64,000 bases of DNA. Source: Octopus vulgaris. Lineage: Eukaryota. The notes under the pieces were generated by a model. The model was not told the origin of the DNA, did no database searches, and saw only the letters and a program-made list of their open reading frames with translations. The translations under genes and the position numbers were made by a program. The DNA is taken from the NCBI GenBank assembly GCA_951406725.2, contig OX597817.1, forward strand, positions 100,874,001 to 100,938,000, read 5' to 3'. Below, piece by piece: positions 54,540 to 64,000 of this stretch. Numbering within the stretch: position 1 is the first letter of the stretch; each line of letters begins with the position of its first letter.

Positions 54540-54917
54540 GTGTGTGTGTATGTAAATCGAAAAATAATATATCGACAAATAATACTGATATAAATCTAGG
54601 TTTAATGTAAGAGCAATAAACTAAAAACGGAAGAGCAGGGAATAATATTATGAATGTAGATACAGTTTGTGTTAATCAATCTCGTTCTGGAATATATAGT
54701 TACTTTCACAACAATATATTTTGACAGAAAACGTTAGCATTTTAATTTACTTGGATGTATTGAAACATTTAAAAAAAATATATTGGAGTGTGATGAAAGT
54801 TAAATTGTTTCAAGTGAAATTTATATACATAACAATAGTCTAATTTCGAAAAGGGATAGGTTAACACAAATCAGTATCGTCTCATCTGTCTCAGTTGACA
54901 ATATTCATTTTTTAGTA

Positions 54918-55130
54918 AGGTGGCGAGCTAGCAGAATCGTTAGCACGCCGGGCGAAATGCATAGCATTAATTCGTCTGCCTTTACGATCTAAGTTCAAAT
55001 TCCGCCGAGGTCGACTTTGCCTTTCATCCTTTTGGGGTCGATAAATTAAGTACCCGTCGCGTACTGGGTCGATCTCATCGACTGGCCCCCACCTCCAGAA
55101 TTTCGGGCCTTGTGCCTAGAGTAGAAAAGA
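54918..55130 (+). mobile_element. family-A SINE, well preserved
   Basis: AGGTGGCGAGCTAGCAGAATCGTTAGCACGCC...GGCCTTGTGCCTAGAGTAGAAAAGA. Confidence 0.85.
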
Positions 55131-55163
55131 ATATTCCTTTATAGTTTCTAAACATTAAAACAT

Positions 55164-55194
<31 letters not shown>

Positions 55195-55223
55195 CACACA
55201 CACTGACACACACACACACACAT

Positions 55224-56170
55224 AAACATTTCAGTACCGGTTATAGTCATTGGGACTTTTCAACTGTAAGTATGGAAAACAATTAAATTTTGGAAAAATT
55301 ATAAAAGCTTTTAAAAGAATATTTACATAGTATTCAAATAAAAGGGGTATTTTCCTTGTTTCTGCCTGTCTCTGTTTCTCTTGTTTACTCTTGTGGGTTC
55401 GAGGTCGTGAATTCTTGGCAGAGAAGAAGGAGAAGAAGAAAAGAAGAATGCGGGAGTGCCATGATAGTAGTAGGATGTTAAATGGTCAAATGCCCTGAAA
55501 GTGACTATTGTGGATGGTAGAGGTGATTGAATTCTAGAGACATCTCTTTTGAATGTATTGTTTATAAAATTTGGGTAGGTGTTATTCTAAACAGCAATAG
55601 TGGGAAAGTTAGGAAGAAAGTGGCGGAGAAGAAGAAGACGAAGAAGAAGGAGAAAGACAAAGGAGAATAAGAAGGAATGTAGGTGGTATGATAGTAGCAG
55701 CATATTATTTATCACTGATGTTGTCTTATTCTTAATTTTAATTTTTAGGAGGTAAAATCGGTGGTTCATAGTGACATCTGTGGCTTTTAATTCTTTGATT
55801 ATACTAATTTTTAGAGTATCATAACGGTTAATTTCGCCTTCACTGTTTCTACGTTTTAGATTCGTTCTGTATTCCTTTCCTTTTATACTTTTGTCTGTTG
55901 TGTTCTGGTTTGGTGTATTTTTCCTCATCATTATGCATTCCGACGGTTTGAGTTGGTTTTCTTTCGTTTTTGTAGGACATATTACGCTTGTTTTTGAATT
56001 TTACAGTACCAGTTTTCATGATATTATTTGACATTGTTGTGTGGTCTCTATCAACGTTTTCCCGGTGTATTTATCTTTTTAAGTGTTCTATTTCTATTTC
56101 TATCTTTTGGCTTTTGAGAATATATCTCCGTATGTTAGTTAATTTATTAGATTTCATTGTTGGGTACTAT
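55224..56170 (-). mobile_element. longer copy of the 39.3-kb repeat family: mutated hammerhead plus upstream degenerate coding-like region (putative PLE 3' part)
   Basis: 55232-55266 reverse complement CAG-TTGAAAA-GTCCCAATGACT-ATAA-CCGG-TA-CTG (GAAA broken). K/N-rich minus-strand ORFs at 55587-56034. Confidence 0.55.
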
Positions 56171-57124
56171 TTAAGAAGAGTAGTCCCGGTGCGCGCACTC
56201 GCGTACTCGCGCATCCGCGCTAGCTAGTCGTGACTAGTCGACCCTACGACCCTACGACTAGCTAGCAAAGTAAATAAAGCACAAAATAAATGGATCTTTT
56301 TACTTTGACCGACAGATTTCTAAAATAATTTCTTTGTAACTAAACACTTTTAAACTTCGTATACTGGTAGAATGTTACGTAAAACATCTTTTTCTCTTGG
56401 CTTTCTTGAGAAAATTCTGTAGTTTGCAAGCTATTTCTTGTTAAATTTCTTGCATTTCGGCAATTTCAATCAATCAATGACGTCTATTGAGGTGAATACA
56501 ATTTCTGCGGTTCTTTGTCAACAACAATTTATTGCGGTATATATTGATATTATGACACTTTATATTGTAATAGTGCCTTACATAATATTACGTAATAATA
56601 TCATCCTTTCGGAGTCGATTAAATAAGTACCAGTTATGCAATGGGGTCGATGTAATCGACTTAACCCTTTGTCTGTCCTTATTTGTCCCCTCTATGTTTA
56701 GCTCCTTGTGGGTAATAACGAAATAAATATATACACACACCAAACAATATATAATATACGTGTATACACATTAAACGTATATATGTATATACACTAAACA
56801 TACAGACGCAGGTACATGACTACAAACATATACAGACATATATAGGCAAGACATAAATATATAGAAATGCATATATATGTATGCACGCACGCGCACAAAA
56901 TCTCCTAGTATTTGCTTACACAGTTAGTTGTTACAGGAAAAAGAAATAAAAGGAAAAATCAGAGAATAACAAATGGTGGGGGGGAGAAAAGGGGGGGGGA
57001 AGAAGAAAAAAATAAAAGAAAGAGAAACAGAAAATTAGAGAGAAAGGGATAGAGGTAGAGAGAGTGAAAGGATGGCGTTTGAAACGTACACATATAAAAA
57101 ACGCATATAAAAAATGCACACAGG

Positions 57125-60100
57125 AAATTACATGCTCCAGCTTGATCAGCCACGAACAGGGGCAAGGCACGACGGTTAGGAAGTAGGTAAATACAGAAGC
57201 TATAAACACTCCTGCGACCTCCGCCCTTCCTTTCAGGGATAACTGCCGCTCAGACCAGGTCTGAGTTAGGTCGTTTATCCTGCTCGTCAAACGCTCTACT
57301 TCTTCTCTATCTGGATGTCTGGGCCAAACGAAACCCCTAGCATTTTAACCGGCTCCTCCATCCAACGCCCTACGACGTTGTTGGGAGGTATCGTCTTGCC
57401 TCTCCAGATACCGAGTTTCAAGCCAACTGACTTATCCCGGTTAACTTCTGCTCCTGCCACCGCCTCGTAGCCCTTAATGGCTTTGCCTAACCTCTGTAGG
57501 TGTACCATCTTGGACACGATGATGGTGGTGTCATCCGCGTACGCAGAAACCTTCCTACTGCAATCGAGATCGCGTGGGACGCTCTTCGAGTCCGATAACT
57601 TCCGCAGTAAGGGCTTTAGAGCCAATACATGCTGAAGCGTGGATAGTGGACACTCTTGACGAACAGAGCGCTTGATGTTGAACGGCTTCGTGACGAATCA
57701 GTTCACCCGAATGATCGAATCGATGTTATTGTATAAAGCAATGATCCACCCGCGGAAGACGGGGCTGAATCCAAATGCTGCGAGGATCGACACCAGATAC
57801 CGATGATCAACCCTGTGGACTGGTGTAAATGGACCAGATTCCCACCCTTACCAGGAGACCCGTTAACCCTATCTACGGTGTAGCGTAGAAGACGAAGATT
57901 ATCGTGTATGGATCTGCCTGAAGCGGCACTAGTTTGTGCTTTCCCGACGATTCACCCACTACACGCTCCAACCTTTTTGCTAACACTTTGGTCAAAATCT
58001 TCAATTCTGTGGTAAAAAGTAATGGGCTTGACATTATCTTTAATATCCCCCTTGTTCGGGTACTTTCTAAGCAGTGTCACCACTCCCCGGTTCACAGATC
58101 TTAGTATAAATCCATTTTGTTGCCAGTTGGTGAAGAAGCGTGCCAGTTGGTGCCCGAAAAAATCTGGTATATTGTTATAAAGCTCGTAGGGAAGACCATC
58201 TAGTCCCGGTGACTTATCCCCGCCGCACTCCGACAAAACCTCCTGCACCTCCGCAGCTGTGATCGGCCCTTCCCAGCACTCTGCTTCCCGCCCTGGAAGA
58301 TGCTACATGCCAGCAAGGAAGTCCGTGAGGTCCCTCCTCCATACCGGCCCGCTGCCACTCCCAAAAAGCAAAGTGAAATGCTCCTGAAAGACCTTACACA
58401 TCTTCTCAAATTCGTTTACCAAGTTCCCTTGATTATTCATCAAATACCTTATATTGCCAGTATTGCCACGTTTGGTCTCTATCATACAGGCCCATCCCGC
58501 GGCTTTGATTCATTCCCGACACATTGCACGTAGTTTAGACCTGATTACGCATCCTTCGTTTTTGGTCTCGAGGTGGTGATGGTTAAGCGCCATTCTCGCA
58601 GCTAAAACTCGGGGCGCGGAGCCAGATTCCAGCGGTTCGTCTAGAGTCCTAACTAATGCCCTCTCTACTCTATTTTTCTTAGCCACTAATTCTTTGCTAT
58701 ACCTAATAGACTCAAATTTTATGGCTCTTTTGAGGGCATACCACCATTTTTTGTTAATAAGGGCACCACACAATGCTCTCATCACTATCTGTCTAATCCG
58801 ATTCTTGTACTCATGAGCCAAAAGTGACTTATTGAGTTTCCAGTAGCCGGATCCCTGTCTACGTAAATTACCTAAGTCCAGCCTACAGGTCACAAATTTG
58901 TGATCACTGTAGCTGACATAGTAAAATTGTGGACGACTAACTAGGTTTTTGTCTATTTCCCTAATTAGAATCATGTCTAAGTAAGAACTAGATGACCCAT
59001 TGCTATTAGTCTATGTCCACAATGGAGCATCTGGGACATCTAGTTTGTAACTTATCTGCTAGTTGAAATCGACTGAACAGATTATTGAAGCACGAGTTTC
59101 CCCTCCTATCAGTAGACAAGCCAACGTAATCTACGCATGCATCGCAGATTACGTTAAAGTCACCTAATATTACTATGGTGTGAGACGTCCCAAGAAGCTT
59201 CTCCAGGCCTCGAAAAAATCAGACTATCCAGTTCCCGATGGAGCATAGACAGCTACCAGCCTGAATACCTTACCCCTGCTTAGTGTCACGTCAAGGACGA
59301 CCAACCTACCTTCCGGGTCAATGAAGATACTTCTTGTCTCTAAATCCGGGGTTTTTTCTGAGCAGTACAGCAACGCCTTTCCCTCCTTCAGTTAGTCATG
59401 GAGAAATAATTTCTCCGTAGCCATTTGGGGGGGGGGGTTGACTACTCAGTCTAGACTCTGTGGCAACTATAATATCCGTTCTATGCGACCTTAGATCATT
59501 AAGGAAACGATCTTGTTTCCACTCTGACCCCGGCCGAGTACATTCAAACACTCTACATTAAAAATATCCATAATGGTTATACTTACAGTTTGAGATTGGG
59601 TGGTACGTCCATCTTATTCCTTTCGTTTTTCGTCCGGGGCTTGCGAGGTGTTGACTAGGTCCTCAAACATTAGTGGGGAAAAGTCTTTCCCTAGAGGGTC
59701 CGTATCGTTTTTAAATCTATTTGCCAACATGTTATAATTGGCTCTGTCTATTTTATAAATAGCAATGTTTTGAGGGATGTTTTTCCCCCGTAGTCTTTGG
59801 TTACTTTGGCCGCATTCGGTATATCATTTAGGCGCTACAATAGTTTCCTAATTTCAATATTATCCCTTTATTATATCTGTGATTTACAAAAAAGAGTTAA
59901 AGTTGACATTTTTGGGGGAAGTTTAAGTACTCTAAATGAAAACTTTTATGAGTATAGCGTTACACTGTATCAATTATGAAAATTTTCAGGAAGTGATTGG
60001 TTCATTTTCCTCTCATTGTTTCTTAACATTTCTTTGAGTTGTTAATACCACAAGTAATGAGAATGTTTTATTTAAAATGTTTTGGCAAATTTGTACATAT

Positions 60101-61260
60101 AAATTCATATTACACTACTGCAGTATAATCCATGTCTAAATGGGTGGGAAACATTTTGGGCTGGGATTTTGTTTTGTAGTTGGGTGATGCTTGTTGTTGT
60201 TTTTTGTTTTGATGTAGGACTAGTGAGGTTGGATGGAGAGGGTCTTTTTCTTTTTTTCTGGAGAAAATTTCCCACGTTTCTCCTTGGGTTTCCTCTATCT
60301 CCTCTTCGTCTGTTTCATTTTCCGAAGGTTCATCCTGCAGCTTCTGTTTTTCTTCAGGTGGGGAAGTCGCTGCTTTTTCGGGAGGAGGTTTGCACTCGGC
60401 CTTAATGTGGCCTTTATGGCCGCACTTGTAGCAACAAGGCACCCTCCCACTACTGTGACTCGCAGCTTAGTCTCCCCCACCCGCAAGTTTCTATATTTTC
60501 TAAACGAGCTTGGGCAGCCTGTATAATTATTTCGAGACCTTGCTCCTTCCAATTCTGCAGTCAAAGCGCTGAGGCTTGGAGAATTGTGTTCTTATCCACC
60601 AAGCCGTTTATTATGGCTGCCACCAGCCAAGCGGGATCTACTTTGGGTGGGAATACTTTAATCTTGGGATACCTTAATCTTGGAATTCCGTCTTCCAAGA
60701 TACTTAAGTTGGAGAACCACCTCCGCAGTTTTAATGGCTCCGTTGATCCTTGTTTTGCCTTTTCCTCGGTTTTAAAACGGACTTCTGTTGTGGCATACTT
60801 CACTCCTCTTGTGATGTATGCCACGTCGTTCCAAACTGGACGGAGACACAGCACAATCGCCTCTTTACTTGCGTTACCCAGTTTTTTACTTTGGTTACAA
60901 CGTATTTATATATCACGGTGCACCACAGTGCATTCGGTGTAATTTCACTGGGACGGGTAATCACTGTTTCGCTCCCGTCCCTTTACATCATACCTTTGTA
61001 TTTTCCGAGCTCATCGCTTCCACAATTCAATGTCTTTTTTGAAACACCGGCCGCTGCTGCAAAATTGCTAGCTTTTCTTCCTTGCATAAATTCTTCTTAT
61101 GTCGGCATTCTAATTAAAACTGTGCTGCATTCTCCGCTTCTGATATCTTCACTTGTACCAGGTTCACAACTGGTCTTGGTTTTAATTGTCCTTTTTTTTA
61201 AAAAAAAAATACAACAATATTTCCCCACTTCACAACGTTAACAAAGGTCTTCCACAAGCA
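57125..61260 (-). mobile_element. Tx1/L1-like LINE, degraded: ORF1 (gag-like, CCHC) and ORF2 (APE-RT), 3'-truncated
   Basis: ORF1 CYKCGHKGHIKAEC (~60400-60435). ORF2 starts ~59571 and contains SDHKFV...GSGYWKLN, KSPGLDGLPYELY, SAYADDTT and WSERQLSLKGRA. Confidence 0.88.
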
Positions 61261-61699
61261 GAAAAATAGGTGTTTGTTAAACAAAAGTTTAACAACGTAA
61301 TAAGTCAACAGTGCAAATTCAACAAATAAACACAAATATTACAACTTATGCCAAATCTTTCGTACAAACAAAAATTACGATCAACTCGGTCAGAGATGAT
61401 TGGAAAATATTTCTTTTATTGACCATATGATCTTACACAGATGGGACGAACAAGGACACACAAGACAGCGCAAGTGGGGACAAAAAACATAAACGGATGA
61501 ATGAAATGAAATTATATAAAAATGAAGATGTATTGGCTACTCGATCCCAAATCCAACGTTTATCCGAATAATTATCTTAGTAAATACAAAACGGTTTCAA
61601 TTTTTCGAATTCTACCACAGGTGACAAATGGTCGTATCTTTTTTTCTATTCCTAATGGGAATCTGGGCTGTCTGCGATTTTCTTGTGTGTTTGTTGCTG

Positions 61700-62450
61700 T
61701 GTGGGCGTTTGTGTGTCACTCAGTTCTTTCTTCTTCTTTTTTTATAGTTCTTTGGGGGTGGACATTTCTTGATGTCCTTTCCCTTCCTGTTCTGAGTTTC
61801 ATGTACTTCATTCATATCTCCCACCTCTGTACCTTCCGGCTGCTTCTCGTTGCTACTGTTTCTCTCTTGTCTCACACCCATTGACATTTGGTTATCAAGA
61901 AGGGGGAAATTTGCCTTAATATGGCCTTTCTCTCTTCTGTGGTACATGTGGGAAGTCTTCCGTCCACTACCGCACGCAGCCTCACATCCTCTGGCAGCTC
62001 CATCCCTTCTGTTATCTCTTGTAGTTCCAGTGTGGTGGCCTGGATTATGACTTCTAGGCCATATACCCACCAATTCAGCTCTACAATTTAGTGCTGCTCA
62101 CCTGCAGCACTTGCGGGTCATCTTTGGTATCCACCAGGATTGCTGGTAGCAACCACATCTCATTGATCTCTGGAGACACCCTACCAGTTCTCACTCTTGC
62201 CACTCGCTTTCCGAGATAATTTGGCAGTAGTGCCCATTTTTCTGATTTCAGAGTCACAGTAGAGTGCTTTGCTGCCTCCTCCACAGTTGGGAAACGCACC
62301 TCCACTGTGCCAAACTTCCTTCCTCTACAATAGAATTCTGTATTACTTATTTCTTTTAAGCGTTCTTCCAACTCTTCCTCTTTCGCCATTTCAATTTTCT
62401 TGGTTGCTAACGAGAGGGTTCTGTAGACCACTGTTTCCTCATTCTTGTTT
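61700..62450 (-). mobile_element. second, diverged Tx1-like ORF1 remnant
   Basis: CRGRKFGTVEVRFPTVEEAAKHST...WLLPAI parallels TRGVKYATTEVRFKTEEKAKQGST...WLVAAI (60561-60854). Degenerate knuckle ...KGHIKAN. Confidence 0.7.
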
Positions 62451-62497
62451 CTTGTTCAACAACCTATCCGTAACGAAAGAAAAATCAGCTATATATA

Positions 62498-63257
62498 TCT
62501 TTATATATATAAAACTGAGAATGTGTGTCTGTCTGTCTGTGTGTTTCTCTAAAACTTGAGAACTACACAGCAATATCATATCTTCTCCACTACGATTCCC
62601 TAAAACTTGAGAACTACACAACCAATTTCATTCAAATTTTACACATGCCTTACTTAGGGTCCATGTAGTTTCATCGGCACAAAAATGTTCAACTTCTTGC
62701 CTAGAGCGAGCCCATAGCAATATCATATCTTCTCCACTATTTCAGTATTACGTGTTAAAAGTGAAACAAAAATATTTCTCTATTTTATGTCAGATGCTTT
62801 CACTTTAACAATAAAAATAATAATAACAATTGAATTATATGTAGTAAGTAATAATTAAAATCAAACTAAAGTATAATATAAGTAAAATAGCAATTAGTAT
62901 AAAATTGCATCAATGATTTGAACTTGAATAAGTGGTTTCACATGAATGGGAATTAAATTAAAAATAAAATTAGCTTGCAGAAATGGAACAGTCCAGATGG
63001 ATAATAAAAAATTAAATTAAAGAAAAAACTATTGTCTATAAAGTATACAATGTAGAGAAAAAAGAAGAGCTAACAATTACAGTCTGTTATATAATTTGAG
63101 TATTGTTATCACTAGCGATATCAAGATATAACTTTGTATTTTGCATTTTATGTGTAGATGTATATATATAGATGTACATGTAATATGTACACATATATAT
63201 ACACATATATACATGCACTAGCACTATGACCCGGCAACGACGGGTCTTTAATGCTAG
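62498..63257 (+). mobile_element. non-autonomous Helitron, both termini present
   Basis: Starts a^TCTTTATATATATAAAACTGAG with internal (GTCT)n. Ends with the 3' hairpin GACCCG-gcaacga-CGGGTC and CTAG^t, at an A^T insertion site. Confidence 0.85.
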
Positions 63258-63290
63258 TATATATATATAATGGTTTTTCTCAAATGTATG

Positions 63291-63332
<42 letters not shown>

Positions 63333-64000
63333 AAGAGAAAGAGAGAGAAATAGACAGATATAATTAAGATTCCATTAAATTACGTACTTAAATTGAGATA
63401 TCTTGCTAGGTCGGTAGTTCAATTACCCAATATTTTGGAAACCATCTTTTACGGTATTTTATATTTATCCGCCTGTAATGAAGAGAATAGTTCTTATATA
63501 AGTTTAAAATAGATAATTTAATTCCGTTATACATTCATTATAGAATGCTTTATCATGATCTTGTATAAACTATGATCTCCTATACACTATGCCTAGGAAA
63601 AGTCTTAATAGTTTTTTCTTGTATATTAAAGTATCCCATTATTAGGTTTTAAATTTAATTTCTATCCTTCTTCTATATATTGATTTAAATTTTCTGTTGT
63701 GGTGAAATCCTGACACCCGTGGGGTATAGCAAGTCAACTCTCCTAAACCGTTTAAAGGCGCCTGCGAACAGTCAGTGAAAAAACACTATGCAGAAGTCTT
63801 GTTATCTCTTTTTGAAGGTTCTCCTTTGCGGGTGTGCCTATCATTTAAGTTGTATTTTGTTGAAAACTATTGCCGTTTTCCCTGCGGGTTTGTGCTTATT
63901 GTGCTTATTTTCTTTCTCCAATTTTTGGGTAAAGAGACTCGAAAAAAGAAATGAATTGCGAACCAGTTCAAGCCCATGCCGGGAGCTGTGCTTCGGCGGC

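Noticed and set aside
63695-63780. HDV-like ribozyme (CTGAC...GCGAA-CAGTCAG)
   Set aside because: P1, P1.1 and L3 could not be threaded convincingly. It is probably just the GC-richer start of a repeat running off the window.

Overview
This is AT-rich, microsatellite-dense eukaryotic (animal) DNA. The tRNA-derived SINE families and repeat mix look like an Octopus/coleoid cephalopod genome (inference). No host protein-coding gene is recognisable, apart from one weak exon candidate near 21.0 kb. The window is a mosaic of mobile elements: (i) a near-complete Penelope-like element (PLE; RT + Cys-rich linker + GIY-YIG) at 269-4793, with direct pseudo-LTRs, inserted in (TA)n; (ii) a ~2 kb head-to-head palindrome of two PLE GIY-YIG/3' ends; (iii) an RT-deleted RTE LINE, CR1-like and RTE remnants, and Tx1/L1-like elements; (iv) a young Dong/R4-like RLE retrotransposon inserted in (TAA)n, plus older relatives; (v) non-autonomous Helitrons and many SINEs. 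The most interesting signal is a set of eight minimal type-I hammerhead-ribozyme-like motifs from about four PLE-terminal families, several ending at (TA)n tracts. They include U3-A8 covariant cores (TTGAAAA...GAAA-CCGG-TH) and an atypical CTGTAGAA core in the pLTRs. Coordinates and alignments were read by eye, so element boundaries are approximate.
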